A stretch of 64,000 nucleotides of DNA from Octopus sinensis (Eukaryota), in the NCBI RefSeq assembly GCF_006345805.1, contig NC_043009.1, positions 63,860,001 through 63,924,000 on the forward strand, given 5' to 3'. Within the stretch, counting starts at the first letter, position 1; each line of letters begins with the position of its first letter. A program made the translations under genes and the position numbers. The notes beneath the pieces are model-generated. The model did no database searches and was not told where the DNA came from. It saw only the letters and a program-made list of their open reading frames with translations. Shown piece by piece: positions 47,500 through 60,989 of the stretch.

Positions 47500-47835
47500 T
47501 ATGATGCAAAGTGACCGATGGGGATGCTGAAGAAGGAATCTGGAGAGTAAAGAGTACATGGCCAAAAGGGCAGAATTACAAGTAGAAGCAGCCAAAATGG
47601 GATTCCTGAGAAGGATCTCTGGAGCAGTGTTGCACGACAGAGGGCATTGCTTGGAAGTCAGGGAGTGTCTGTGGGTCAAGTCATTAGTTCTCTGCATTGA
47701 GGGGTCACAGATCCAGTACGAGCGGAGATGTAGTTAGAATGTCACAGAAAGGAATCTGAAGACGAATTCTTCAAGCTGAGTCAATCAACAGAAGACCTGG
47801 GAGTAAACCATGAGCCAAATGGTTGGATAATACCC
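47500..47835 (+). mobile_element. Decayed RTE ORF C-terminal fragment
   Basis: AAKMGFLRRISG-like motif (cf. Expander EMRFLRRVAG). Confidence 0.6.
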
Positions 47836-47839
47836 ATTG

Positions 47840-48180
47840 AAGGTGCATGGCTCAGTGGTAAGAGCATCGGGCTCACAATCATGAGGTTGTGAGTTCCATT
47901 CCCAGACTAGGCTGTGTGTTGTGTTCTTGAGCAAGACACTTTATTTCAGGTTGCTCCAGTTTCCTCAGCGGTAGAGATGAGTTGTGACATCACTGGTGCC
48001 AAGCTGTATTGGCCCCTTTGCCTTTCTCTTGGATAACATCGGAGAGAGGGGAGACTGGTTTGCATGGGCGACTGCTGGTCTTCCATTAAAGACAACCTTG
48101 TCCAAACTTGTGTCTCAGAGGGGAACTTTCTAGGTGCAGCCCCATGGTCATTCATGACCGAACGGGGTCTTTACCCTTTC
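47840..48180 (+). mobile_element. tRNA-derived SINE related to SINE-B head, different tail
   Basis: GGTGCATGGCTCAGTGGTAAGAGC...GTTCTTGAGCAAGACACTTTATTTCAGGTTGCTCCAG. Confidence 0.75.
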
Positions 48181-48329
48181 ACCCATTTTTTCAGTTGGTT
48201 GCACTTGGGAATCCAGCTGGAAAGGCTATCAGCAGTTGTTTTTAATAGGACCCTATGCAGAAGGGGCTGAAGGCTCTATTCCCACAACCCTTTCTGGAAT
48301 AGTGGATTTAAGAAAATGGATGTATTGAA

Positions 48330-49750
48330 AGATACATGTGTTAAGACAAGATGTGAAGAACAAGATTTTAAATCATACACCAAATAACTCAAGAGCAACA
48401 GAGAAAATGGTTAAGACTGCCTAAATGTCAAGTTCTTAGAGATAAATATAGGAACCTATTAATCAATGCTAACGAGGTAACTGATAGATGGAGAAATTTC
48501 TGTCAGGAAGAAAATACAGTCAGGAAGCAGCGGTAAGTATAATTAACTAAAACAATTTTTTAAAATATGCACAGCAGGTGTGCTACAAATAGACTTCAGA
48601 AAAAGCTAAGCAAATGATTAGAAAACTAAAATGTAATAAACGACCTGGAACCAGCAGCATAAATGCAAAACTGTTCAGGTAGAAAGATGAATATGTAGCT
48701 GAGATTCTTTGGTAAATTTTTGATGGTGTTTTTGGATAGAATGGTCCAGTAAATGGACAAAATCAATGATTATGCCACTGTCAAAGATAGCAAACACCAG
48801 AAAGTGTGAAAGCAATCATACAATTAGTTTAATTAGCTATCAAAGCAAAGATTTGCTTTATGTTTTACATGGTTGAATGAAATTAATAATAAAACAAATA
48901 ATAAGTAGGAAAACAGGATGGTTTCCAAAAAAAAAAAAAAAGAGAGAGTTAGTGATGCTTTTTGAGTGAAAATGTTACATTAATATTTTATCAGAAAAAT
49001 ACATGGAACACCAGTCAAAAGCTTTAACCACAATTTCATTGACTTTAAAACAGCTTTTGACTGTATATAGCATGGAGTGCTACGGCTTATTATGGGAAAA
49101 TATGACATCAGCCAATCAATAGTGAAGTGTTAGGAAGTCATTATATGAACACGCAAAATGTCTGGCTTTAGCTGGAAATTCACCAAAGAACTGGCTTAAA
49201 AAAACAGCGTTGAACATGAGTGAGTTCTATAAAAGAGCTTTCTAAATGTGTATCTAGACAATATAATGGCAGAATCCCTTGAGTCTTTAAAAGTTGATCA
49301 TCTTTTGTTTTGCCAAATTAATAGATGTTAGGAAACAGGTTTGTTGGAAAGGCTGCAAAACAAGGAGGTCTTTTGTAAAATTGATGGAGAATGAAGTAAT
49401 TTGGTCATAGAACATGATATCAGGGTACCCAACCTCTGGAGAATATGGACATCCATGGAGAAATCCCCTATAAAAGAGGTCCAAGAAGACCATGAAGAAG
49501 ATGGTGAAAAGTCATGAGACTGGTCAATGAGTTGAAAAAATGAAGGGAAGAAGTTGTACCTCTTGGGGGTCCCCTGAAAGTCTTCCTTAAGGGTCTGGAT
49601 TTTCAAGGATTGATTAGAGAGGTATCTGATCTGTAGGGTATAAGAAAACAGAAGTGGACTGGTTTAAATGTGATGCATTTGGAGGAAGATGAAGACTTGG
49701 GACGAAATGGTGGATGCTTATCTTAGGAGGCTGAAACCTCATGAAGGATA
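48330..49750 (+). mobile_element. Old decayed RTE (BovB-like) RT region
   Basis: WSSKWTKSMIMPL, TISLISYQSK and NFIDFKTAFDC-like pieces. Confidence 0.65.
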
Positions 49751-50453
49751 TGACAGGGAAGAGCAACAAGGAATTTGATGCTGTGTTGGAGAAAATCCAT
49801 TGACAGCCATGTAAGTGTGGAATGAGGATGACAATGATGACGGCAACTGTGATGATGACAAAAGTGATGACAAAGATGACAGCAATAATGGGGGCAATAA
49901 CAACAGTGGCAATGATGAAGACAATGGTGATGATGATGTATGTATGTATGTATGTATGTATGTATGCATGTGTGTGTGTATGTAGTATGTATGTATGTAT
50001 GTAAGCATGTGTGTGCGTATTTATGTATGTATGTGTGTCTGTGTTTATGGCTAAAACCTTGTAATGTGTCTTTCCTGTCTAGAAACTTATTTGTTCAAAC
50101 AAAAAGAGATTGATAAAATAAATATTGGGGTCGATATGATGGACCAAAGCCCTTTGAAGGTGGGACTTTGGCATGGCACCAGTCCAATGACTAAAACCAG
50201 CCAAAGAACAAAAGAAGACAAGATACATTGTGCTAACAAATAAATTATGCAAAGAGTAGAACAATACCAAATATCCAAAAATATTTTTCACAATACAAAG
50301 GAATCAGATGCTACGTTGCAATCTATTGTCATATTTCTGCATACTGCACATTGTGCAGTGACATAGCAGCGCCAAATCAAATTTCAGTATTTGAGGCTCC
50401 AGGGATAAACTGACAAACATATGCTGTTGATGTGTGTGTGTGTGTATGTGTGT

Positions 50454-50507
<54 letters not shown>

Positions 50508-50512
50508 TTGTA

Positions 50513-51046
50513 TACGAGGGTGAGTCAAAAAGTAATGTCATTTTGTTTAGGACAGGTATAATTACCAACACAGGAACATGTATCATACATCAAAATGAAG
50601 CTGGTCCTCTATGGATCATATCCCTACTTATCAATATAGTCACCGTTTCTTTCAATGAGAGCATGTATCCCTGCCCCGTAAAATTCTGTTGACTGTTCTT
50701 TGAGCCACTTCTTCACTACAAAGTCAAAGAGACAACACCTTCTTTCGAAGGCTCGTAACAGGTGATGAAACATGGGTTCATCATTATGAACTGGAATCAA
50801 AGAGGCAGTCAATGGAATGGTGCCACTCTACATCACCACCACCGAAAAAGTTCAGACGCAAAAGTCAGCTGGAAAAATCATGGCGACTGTCTTTTGGGAT
50901 GCTCAAGGGGTCATTCTGGTTGATTTCTTACTGAAAGGAAAAACAATAAACTCATAATAAGCTTCATTTTGATGTATGATACGTGTTCCTGTGTTGGTAA
51001 TTATACCTGTCCTAAACAAAATGGCATTACTTTTTGACTCACCCTC

Positions 51047-51049
<3 letters not shown>
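50513..51049. mobile_element. Rearranged mariner derivative with DD34D-type transposase fragment
   Basis: TA|TACGAGGGTGAGTCAAAAAGTAATG TIRs; internal RRLVTGDETWVHHYELESKRQSMEW...IMATVFWDAQGVILVDFL. Confidence 0.9.
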
Positions 51050-51083
<34 letters not shown>

Positions 51084-51084
51084 A

Positions 51085-51400
51085 TGTCACCTCATGACTG
51101 AGAAAAACTATTGCTGACCTTCAGGAACATTGTGCACTCTAGGTCTAACTTATATTTTGCATTTGCAGCTCTGTTGGTGGCTAATAAATCCCTGCTCTTG
51201 ACAAACATACACAACTTCAAACATTGCAGACCAAGCTTTCCACATTCACTGCACTAGCAGTGCACATTCGAGCAGCACGCTTAAATTCTTCAAGAAGAAT
51301 ACATGCTTTTTCAAAGGGGTCGACGACCCATCCTTAACCCGCTCCCTCCATCTGTGGCCATGACAGACATTGCTCTCCCAGTTGGTCTCCTGCATATCAC
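51085..51400 (-). mobile_element. RTE ORF C-terminus with Cys/His finger remnant
   Basis: Minus strand ...VCNV*SCVCLSRAGFISHQQSCKCK* resembles the C..C.R.C.SR.GL.SH...C terminus of some RTE LINEs. Confidence 0.5.
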
Positions 51401-51428
51401 ATATATATACATACATTTATATATATAA

Positions 51429-51471
<43 letters not shown>

Positions 51472-51529
51472 ATATTTATCTACACACACACATATGCGTG
51501 TGTGTGAGTGTGTGTGAGTGTGCATATAT

Positions 51530-51700
51530 ATATGATAGACTTCTTTCAGCTTCTGTCTATCAGATCCACTTACAAGACTTTGATTGGCCCAAGGCTGTAT
51601 TTGAAATCCCTTACCCCTTACCCAAAGTGCCATGCAGCGGGACTGAACTCAGAGCCAAGATGTTGGAAAGCAAACTTCTTACCACACAACCACGCCTGTA
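51530..51700 (-). mobile_element. SINE-C 5' fragment
   Basis: GACTTCTTTCAGCTTCTGTCTATCAGATCCAC...CTTACCACACAACCACGCC. Confidence 0.75.
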
Positions 51701-51924
51701 CCTTTATTTATATATATATATATCATACAAGCAACAAGGACTAAAAACTCTTTAAGATAATGCAAAATTGCAATATTTTCACCAATTTCAATGTCATGAT
51801 TAGCAAAATGTGAAACCGGTAGACTATCATAATATTCTGTCCTTTAAAATATATCAAAATATATGAATTGTGTGCATTTTCCTTCTTTTGTTTTGTATAT
51901 ATATAAACTATATTATATATATAT

Positions 51925-52026
51925 AGGGAAGGTTACGAAAATAAACAAAGACAAGGCAGGTGGAGCACAAACAAACAAATGTATTAGTATAGCGCTCAGG
52001 AATAGAAATAGAACAAGTCTTTTCGT
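51925..52026 (-). mobile_element. Penelope-like terminal repeat truncated by assembly gap
   Basis: Minus ACGAAAAGACTTG...TTCCTGAGCGCTATACTAATAC matches 14288-14335. Confidence 0.5.
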
Positions 52027-52126
52027 NNNNNNNNNNNNNNNNNNNNNNNNNNNNNNNNNNNNNNNNNNNNNNNNNNNNNNNNNNNNNNNNNNNNNNNNNN
52101 NNNNNNNNNNNNNNNNNNNNNNNNNN
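52027..52126. other. Assembly gap (100 N)
   Basis: Direct reading. Confidence 1.
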
Positions 52127-52399
52127 ACCATTCCAGTGTATATATATCAACACAAAACCTCACAACAATAAATTACACCAACAAGAATGAAGAATGAAGG
52201 AGGGAAGTAAAAAGAAAGTAAAAGAAAAAAAACCATTCAAATACAATGGGAGTGCTCCAGCATGACCGTAACTAACTGACAGGAACCAGTAAAAGAGAGT
52301 AAAAGACTACAATTAGTAAAAGTACTCGAGTACTTGGTAGTTAGAGGACCATACGAATGCAAAGAGGGAGAGAGAGAGATCTTCACACTTGTACACACA

Positions 52400-52721
52400 C
52401 GTGTGTGTATACGTGGGAGCACATGTGTGTGAGCGTATGTGCACGTCTGTATGTGTCTGTGTGTGTGTGTGAGAGTGTGTGTGTGTATAGCCAACTAATT
52501 GTGTGTGTGTGTGTGCGTGTGCATGGATGTGTGTGTCTGTGTGTGTGTGTGTTTGTGTCTGTGTGTTTGTGTGTGTTTGTGTGTGCGTGCGTGCGTGTGT
52601 GTGCGTGCGTGTGTGTGCGTGTGTGTGCGTGCGTGTGTGTGCGTCTTTGTGTGTTTGTGTGTGTGCGTGTGTGTGCATGTGTGTGTGAGTGTGTGTGTTT
52701 GTGTGTGTGTTTGTGTGTGTT

Positions 52722-52753
<32 letters not shown>

Positions 52754-52999
52754 CGTGTTTGTGTATGTTTGTGTGTGAGTGTGTGTGTGTGAGTGTGTGT
52801 CTGTGTGTGTGCATGGGTGGTGGTGTTGTGTGTGTGTGCGTGTGGTGTGTGTGTGTGTGTGTGTGTGTGCGTGTGGTGTTTGTGTGTGTGTTTGTGTGTG
52901 TGTTGCATGTGTGTGTATTGTGTGTTTGTGCGTGTGTGTGCATGTATTTGTGTGTGTTTGTGTGTGTTTGTGTGTGTGTATGTGTTTGTGTGTGTGCAT

Positions 53000-53040
<41 letters not shown>
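52400..53040. repeat. Long degenerate (TG)n array
   Basis: Direct reading. Confidence 0.95.
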
Positions 53041-53049
<9 letters not shown>

Positions 53050-53534
53050 TACCAATTTGTAAGCCAGTCAAATCTGGCCTTGATCTACAAGAATGCTTCA
53101 TCTATCCATTAGGATTAGCTTTGGGATTTTGGCATTTTCCAAAGTGTTTCATCAACAGACATTAAACGCCTCCCCACCGCCGCCACCACCGCCGCCGCCA
53201 CCACCACCGCCACCACCACCGCCACCACCACCGCCACCACCACCACCACCACCACCGCCGCCTCCACCACTATATATCTATATCTAAATCTTCTATAAAC
53301 ATGTGTGTGATTGTGTGGTCTTCAGTTTTATGCATGTATGTGTGTGTGCGCGTGTGTGTAGATGTGTGTATAGATACAGTTATGCTTTTGTTTATACACA
53401 CAAATATTGTGAACACATACAAATACTGTTGTTTGTTTATATAAATATACGCATCTATACAGATTGAAAACAAAACACTGCATATAGATAGATAGATAGA
53501 TTGAGATAGATAGATAATGTACATAAATAAATGT

Positions 53535-53607
<73 letters not shown>

Positions 53608-53642
53608 TGTATGTATGTATGTATGTATGTATGTATGTATGT

Positions 53643-54207
53643 ATCATCATCATCATCATTTAACGTCCATTTTCCATGCTAGCATGGGTTGGACGGTTCG
53701 ACCGGGGTCTGGGAAGCCAGGAGGCTGCACCAGGCTCCAGTCTAATTTGGCAGTGTTTCTACAGCTGGATGCCCTTCCTAACCACTCCGTGAGTGTAGTG
53801 GGTGTTTTTTACGTGCCACCGGCACAGGAGCCAGAGCAGGCTGGCAAACGGCCATGATCGGTTGGTGCTTTTACGTGTCACCGACACGGACGCCAGTCAG
53901 GCGACGCTAGTAACTGCTATGCTCAAACGGTGCTTCTTACATGTCACCGGCACGGGTGTCTTAACTACAATTTCCATTTGAATTTTTTGACGTTGACGAA
54001 CTTGACTCAACAGGTCTCCTAAAAAACAGCAGGTCACCCTACGATCCAAGGTTAGCACAGTAGGCCATCCTGCGAGCCATGAACTCACTTCATTTGTCGG
54101 GTCTTTGAAGTCACAGCATATCTCCAGAGGTCTCGGTCTTTCGTCATAGCCTCTGTGAGGCTCAAAGTATGAAGGTCATGTTTGACCACCTCGTCCCATG
54201 TCTTCCT
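53643..54207 (-). mobile_element. 5'-truncated RTE LINE with intact ORF C-terminus
   Basis: 54207..54085 reads RKTWDEVVKHDLHTLSLTEAMTKDRDLWRYAVTSKTRQMK*, then the 3' UTR and (GAT)n tail; shows the abundant UTR repeat is LINE-derived. Confidence 0.9.
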
Positions 54208-54554
54208 TTATATATATATAAATAGCCTGAGAAATTTAGATGGAGTTGGGGGTAGAAGTTTTCAAGAAACATCTTGACCTTCTACTGTCTGAGGTCCCAG
54301 AAGAATTTATATCACAGCCAGGAACTCAAAAGAGGGAAGTGGTATCAAACTCCCTCCTTCACCGAAAGTCAATAACATGAGAATGGCCATTGAAAAGGTG
54401 ATGGTACTGGTGGTATCTCAGCACGGCCACAGCATTTGGTCTGAAACATATAGAAGAATAAAAGTATATGTATATAATTGCTTTGGGGAACTATGAATCT
54501 TGAAGCAGATAAAGCTATAAATAATAGCATGTTTTATTATGTATATATTCTTTT

Positions 54555-54777
54555 ATTCTTTTATTTGTTTCAGTCCTTTGACTGCGACCATGCTGGAGCA
54601 CCGCCTTTAGTCGAGCAAATCGCCCCCAGGACTTATTCTTTGTAAGCCTAGTACTTAATCTATCGGTCTCTTTTGCCAAACCACTAAGTTACAGGTACAT
54701 AAACACACCAGCATCGGTTGTCAACTGCTGTTGGGGAGACAAACACAGACACACAATATATACACATACATACATAA

Positions 54778-54809
<32 letters not shown>

Positions 54810-54970
54810 GACGGGCTTCTTACAGTTTCTGTCTACCAAATCCACTCACAAGGCTTTGGTCGGCCCGAAGCTATCATAGAAGACACTTGCCCAAGGTGCC
54901 ATGCAGTGGGACTGAACCTGGAACCATGTGGTTGGTAAGCAAGCTACTTACCTCACAGCCATGCCTGTGC
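54555..54970 (-). mobile_element. Full-length SINE-C
   Basis: Reverse complement of 12098-12500 architecture. Confidence 0.9.
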
Positions 54971-56035
54971 TTATTTAATATTTATACACAGATAAATATG
55001 TACATATATGCATGAGTGTGTGAGAGTGTGTGTGCATGTGTGTGCTGCATGTGTTTGCACTGAACCCGCTTGAGCAGCCGTAATGTTGCATTCCAGCCAG
55101 CGGACACCAGACACACGGAAGGAAGCTCGGTCGTCCAATATGAAAAGACGTGAAATAAAGGAGCCTTACTTGGGAACGGAGTAAGGTCCTTCATTATCCT
55201 CTATTCTCTATCCAGTTGAAGAACGGAATACAGCTTCAAGAAGTCTCATCTAATCCGAAGGGGATGGACGTAAAACTCAACAGCATCATCAGCCTCATCA
55301 TCATCATCATCTTCATCTTCGTTTCCATATGATAAAATTGCTCTATATATAAAAGTACATGTCACTGCATCGATGTCTGTCTCTTGTGTATAAAATATGT
55401 ATACGCAGGTCTTAAGCGTGGGTGCAACGTGTCTGTGTGTGTGTGTGTGCGTGTGGATGTGTTCATGTGTGTATGTGTGTGCGTGGATGTGTGTGTATGG
55501 TGGGTGGGGAGGCGTTATGTCTGTAAACATGATTGAATGATCAATAACTGACATCTGGATATTGTCTAAGACGTTATTGGTTCTGGAACAGTGTGTGTCT
55601 TGTGTCTGTATGTGTGTGCGTCCGTGCATGTGTGTGACTCTGTGTGTGTGTGTGTGCGTGTGTGTATATACAGACACAGGCACACATACAGATAATAATG
55701 TGTGTGTGTGTATGTATACAGATAATGATATGTGTGTGAGTATATATATACATACATTAAACACACACACACCTAATCATCATCATCGATATATTTATTG
55801 TGTGTGTATGTGTGTGTGTGTATGTATACAAATAATGATGTGTGTGTGTGTGTGTTTACAAATAATGTTGTGTGTGTGAGTATATATATATATATATATA
55901 TATTACACACACACACCTAATATAAGATATATTTATTGTGTGTGTGTGTGTGTGTATACAAATAATGATATGTGTGTGTGAGTATATATACACACACCTA
56001 AAATGATATATATATATATTATATATATATATATA

Positions 56036-56074
<39 letters not shown>

Positions 56075-56170
56075 GGCAGTGTCGATAATTCCTTATTCAA
56101 CATCCAGATGTCAAATATTGATCAAACATCATGTTTAGGGAGATAATGGTCATCACTTCACCATCTTTAT

Positions 56171-56184
56171 GTCTCTATGGCAAC
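56171..56184. promoter_or_regulatory. RFX X-box-like motif
   Basis: GTCTCTATGGCAAC. Confidence 0.25.
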
Positions 56185-56479
56185 CAACTTAATTTACATC
56201 CACCTCCCTCCCTCCCCCTCTCGTCCTTCTTATATTACCATAGGCGTCCTTCCTCTTCCACCACCACCACCCCCACACACATACATGCACTGCTCCAAAA
56301 ATTGCTGTTGTGTTTGTGGGAGTGTGTGGGCGGGAGGGAGGGAGGGAGGGGAGGTCATTTATGCTGACTCACTTCAGACAAAGGGGGTGGGGGATATCTG
56401 AGACAGTGCCATCGAATGCACCATTGCTCCATTGGCGGCAATGGTGGCAGTGGCAGGAGTGGTGGTGGTGGTGGTGATG

Positions 56480-56486
56480 ATGGTGA

Positions 56487-56519
<33 letters not shown>

Positions 56520-56523
56520 TGTT

Positions 56524-56579
<56 letters not shown>

Positions 56580-56757
56580 TGTCATCACCATCATCATTGT
56601 CATCATCATCATCATTATCATCATCCTCATCATCGTCATTGTCATCATCATCATCATCATCATCATCAGCGTCATCATCATCATTGTCATCACCATCATC
56701 ATCGTCATTATCATCATCGTCATCATCATCATTATCATCATCATCATCATTGTTGTC
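56480..56757. repeat. (CAT)n array
   Basis: Direct reading. Confidence 0.95.
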
Positions 56758-56769
56758 ATATGTTTCTTA

Positions 56770-57000
56770 TTTCTTTATTGCCCACAAGGGGCTAAACGTA
56801 GAGGAGGAAAAACAAGGACAGACAAATGGATTAAGTCGATTACATCGACCCCAGTGCATGACTGGTACTTAGTTTATCAACCCCAAAAGGATGAAAAGCA
56901 AAGTCGACCTCTGCGAAATTTGAACTCAGAACATAGCGGCAGATGAAATACAGCTAAGCATTTTGCCCGGCATGCTAACGATTCTGCCAGCTCCCTGCCT
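56770..57000 (-). mobile_element. SINE-D monomer (D1 tail)
   Basis: TTTCTTTATTGCCCACAAGGGGCTAAAC...CTGCCAGCTCCCTGCC. Confidence 0.85.
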
Positions 57001-57659
57001 TGCGTTTCTGTGTTTCTGTGCTAGACATCCTGTCCATTGGGTCTATGCTTTACAATTCAGTCCTTAACCATATTCTAATGAGGACCCAATAAGAATGGAT
57101 CTTCTTGAATCGTTCAGAACATATATATATATGTGAAGATGTTCAGTTGGTTTGATATAGCAGACCAACATCCCTCAGAAAACACTCTGCTATCCTTTAA
57201 AACAGGGACCTTATTAATCTGTAAAGGATCTTCTCTGTAACCGTGCAAGGGGATCAGTTTTGAAGACATCTGTCTCTCGGTAAAACAACCTGTTACCTTG
57301 AAAACTGGAATCATTTGTCATACAAGCATTAGACAGGATTTCTGCAGCTAGGGCATTAACCATATTCCCATCCACACACACACATGCACTCACACACACA
57401 CACGTGCACACACGTGCACACACGTGCACACACACACATGCACACATATTTGTGCACACACACATACACACACACATATGCACACACACATGCACTCACA
57501 TATGCACACATGCACATAAGTGCACTTGCACACGTATATGTGCATGTGTGCACACACACATGCAAATATACATGCATACACACATACAGGTACACACATA
57601 CGTGAACACAAACACCAATGAAACACACAGACATGTACATGCACTCACATACATACACA

Positions 57660-57865
57660 CACTAATAATGATTTCAAATTTTGGTACAAGACAACCAAGT
57701 TCAGGGGACGCGGGTAAGTCGATCACATTGACCCCAGTGCTCAACTGGTACTTATTTCATTAACCCCAAAAGGATGAAACATAAATTTGACCTTGGCAGG
57801 ATTTGAACTCAGAACATAACAAATGCCATTAAGAATTTTACCCAACATGCTAACGACTCTGCCAG
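57660..57865 (-). mobile_element. SINE-D monomer (D2 tail)
   Basis: ATTTCAAATTTTGGTACAAGAC...GGATGAAAC...TTTGAACTCAGAAC. Confidence 0.75.
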
Positions 57866-58136
57866 ATTGTTACATACATGAATATTGTAAATGAATTTAC
57901 ACAAACAAAACAGAATGCTCAATATGGTTTCAAGACACACATCTCAGACGCACAATCAGTGATGCTTCTGGGATTGTAGACAGATCAGGGCCTTTCATCA
58001 ACATCAGACCTCCTTGACCAGTTAACCCAGTCAGACTTGACCAAGTTCCATCTTACATCTTTGCAGCAATAAACTAGGGCCCTACCCTTTTCCTTTAAAG
58101 CCAACTATTAGCTTTCTCTGTAGTTCTACACACCAC

Positions 58137-58365
58137 CACTCAGCCACACATTCAATCAGCCACACAGCCACACCACCACACCACCACTCAGCCACTCAGC
58201 CACTCAGCCACTCAGCCACACAGCCACTCAGCCACTCAGCCACACAGCCACACCACCACACCACCACTCAGCCACTCAGCCACTCAGCCACTCAGCCACA
58301 CCACCACACCACCACACCACCACTCAGCCACTCAGCCACTCAACCACTCAGTCACTCAGCCACTC
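58137..58365. repeat. 8-bp minisatellite CAGCCAC(T/A)
   Basis: Direct reading; same family at 63068-63485. Confidence 0.9.
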
Positions 58366-58419
58366 ATGGTCCTGCTTTTTGCAACAACAGTGATTTCAAG
58401 CAGTGTTTGAGTTTTCCAG

Positions 58420-58522
58420 GGTGATAGAGTCACAAAACCCCTCTAAGCCCATTTCAGTTAGCTTGCAGCAAGCCCCTTGCTATCTACACTGCTCCACTAG
58501 TGCCAGATATTTCATTTCAAAG
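58420..58522 (+). other. Candidate 103-nt exon (VIESQNPSKPISVSLQQAPCYLHCSTSARYFISK)
   Basis: GAGTTTTCCAG acceptor, AAG|GTAAGA donor, one open frame. Confidence 0.2.
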
Positions 58523-59000
58523 GTAAGAAAACATGTCTAGTTGAGCAGATGTCCATGATGGGTGAAGCCTTGGCTGCCTTCAATGATGAATAAAGTGGCT
58601 CCATATTTGTCACTGGTAAATTGAGATCCTATTGGACAAACCAGGTCACATGATGGAAGTTGTTTAAAACTATTGTATAAATCACCACAAGGCATTGTAG
58701 ACATTGAAGGCATTATAAGGATATAGGAACTGCTACTTGAAACTGAGCCAAAACAAATGTTTGTCTGTGACAGCAATCAGAGAACACTTCAGATTTCTGT
58801 TGACAAATATAACAGGAGACTTCATAATCTGCCATTTTTCAAATAGGTGAAGCCTGAAATTACATCCTCCACTGGAGTATAGCCCAATGACAGTGTTTCA
58901 AGTTTATGCTTCCAAATGTAGCAGGACAGGAAAGTATAGTTTATTCCATCTGTGGACATAAATGAGTCCAGATGTTGGTTATATTATCCTTTGAACTTGT

Positions 59001-59249
59001 AGGTGGTGAGCTGGCAGAAACGTTAGCATGCCAGAAATGTAAGCACGCCAGGTGTAATGCTTAGCAGTATTTCGTCTGTCGTTACGTTCTGAGTTCAAAT
59101 TCCGCCGAGGTCAACTTTGCCTTTCATCCCTTCAGGGTCGATAAATAAAGTATCAGTTTCGCACTGGGATTAATGTAATCGACTTAATCCCTTTGTCTGT
59201 CCTTGTTTGTCCCTTCTGTGTTTAGCCCCTTGTGGGCAATAAAGAAATA
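59001..59249 (+). mobile_element. SINE-D monomer with 21-bp TSD
   Basis: TSD TATATTATCCTTTGAACTTGT at 58980-59000 and 59250-59270. Confidence 0.9.
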
Positions 59250-59289
59250 TATATTATCCTTTGAACTTGTTAGTAGCAAGCCCCATATA

Positions 59290-60200
59290 ACTCCTTGGAT
59301 ACCAGCCGATGGTGAGAGTGTAGCTATATATACTACAGTCTTGGAAAGGTAAAAATCCTTTCAGAAGACATATGATTCAATTTTAGTAATTTTGGATGGT
59401 CTCTGGGGAGAAGCCATGCAGATTTTTAACTACAGTGTGTAATGTGGGAAGTAATGTCACCTGGGTAAAAATATGTAACTTAAAATTGTGTGCATTCACA
59501 AGTCTGTGATATCATGTTGGTTAGAAACTGATGCCTTACAAGTATTAAAAAGTTCCTTTGTGGTGACATCTAAATTATGGAATGGATTAAACCAGATTAC
59601 TTTCCAACTCAGAGTACTTCCTGGATGAGTGGTGGATTTTCGTCTCACAAAGCCACTCCTAGATAAGACCTCAGTATAGTAGAAGACTACTCTGTTTAGA
59701 ATGTCACTATCAGAGGATAAGTATGGAGCCTCTTCCTGTTATCCTAGCAATTAGGTTTTGAAATATAGACAAGTGGGGTATTTGAAGTTTTATGGGTATA
59801 TATTTATAGGCTTCATACACAGGTGGTTCTTTACTGTCTTAAATCAGATCAGTGTAATATCTTGAAAATTTGCTATCGTTAGCTCAGAAGAGATAATTCT
59901 ATTTAAGCCAAACTTTTTGAATATCCTTATCTAAATTCCTTTGTAAATCTATCTGTTGTGAGGCTATTCATATTGTAGGGGATTGTTAAACCATCATCTC
60001 CGTACAAACCGAAGATGTTCCGAAGGGCTCACTTCCTGAGGGAGTGAAGGATAAAGAACCCTTTGAAGTCATCTTAGTCCAATTAAAGTTTCCCATGGAC
60101 ATATTGGGCAGCTGATTGCCCTCCTTTTTGATCCAGTTCAACTGGACAGGATATAACAATGGCTTTCCAGCATTCGTTATTACTCTGATACAAAGGTTGC
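59290..60200 (-). mobile_element. Penelope-like (Neptune-type) RT remnant
   Basis: Minus-strand FGLYGDDGLTIP (about 59980-60012; cf. YRDDGL) and KVIWFNP (59583-59603); many stops. Confidence 0.75.
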
Positions 60201-60227
60201 AGGTTTATAGCAAATGGTTTCCTAAAA

Positions 60228-60455
60228 GTGGCGAGCTGGCAGAAACGTTAGCACGCCGGGCGAAATGCTAGCGGTATTTCGTCTGTGTTACGTTGTGAGT
60301 TCAAATTCCGCCGAGGTCGACTTTGCATTTCATCCTTTCGGGGTCGATAAATTAAGTACCAGTTACGCACTGGGGTCGATGTAATTGACTTAATACCTAT
60401 GTCTGTCCTTGTTTGTCCGCTCTGTGTTTAGCCCCTTGTGGGTAATAAAGAAATA
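60228..60455 (+). mobile_element. SINE-D monomer with 12-bp TSD
   Basis: TSD GGTTTCCTAAAA at 60216-60227 and 60456-60467. Confidence 0.9.
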
Positions 60456-60699
60456 GGTTTCCTAAAATTTGAGATTTTTGTAAAAAGACATTTCAAAAAG
60501 AATGGCTAAAAATCCACAATGATATTAAATAAATTTACAGCTGATTTTATTTTAAATGCCATGGAATGGCCTGATTGCCTCAACACTGGTTACTCTGACC
60601 AGCTTCACAGGGTTTTTTAATTTTCAAATTAATGGTGGCATCGAGAATGCATTTAGCCACTGTGAACAATTCACTTGTGTATATATAAATCTTTTATGT

Positions 60700-60955
60700 T
60701 TTACTTGTTTCAGTCATTAGGCTGTGGCCATGCTGGAGTATCGCCTTGAAGAAATTTAGTCAAACAAATCAATCCCACTGTTTATTTTTTTTTTTAAGAC
60801 TGGTACTTGTTCTATTGGTCACTTTTGCCAAACCGCAAAGTTACTGGGATGTAAACACACCAACACTGGTTTCCAAACAGTGCGGGGGACAAGCACAAAC
60901 ACAAAGATATACACGCGTGCACACATGCACACACACACACACATACATGCACACA

Positions 60956-60989
<34 letters not shown>

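Noticed and set aside
50740-50950. Active mariner transposase gene
   Set aside because: Short frameshifted fragment inside a rearranged non-autonomous element.
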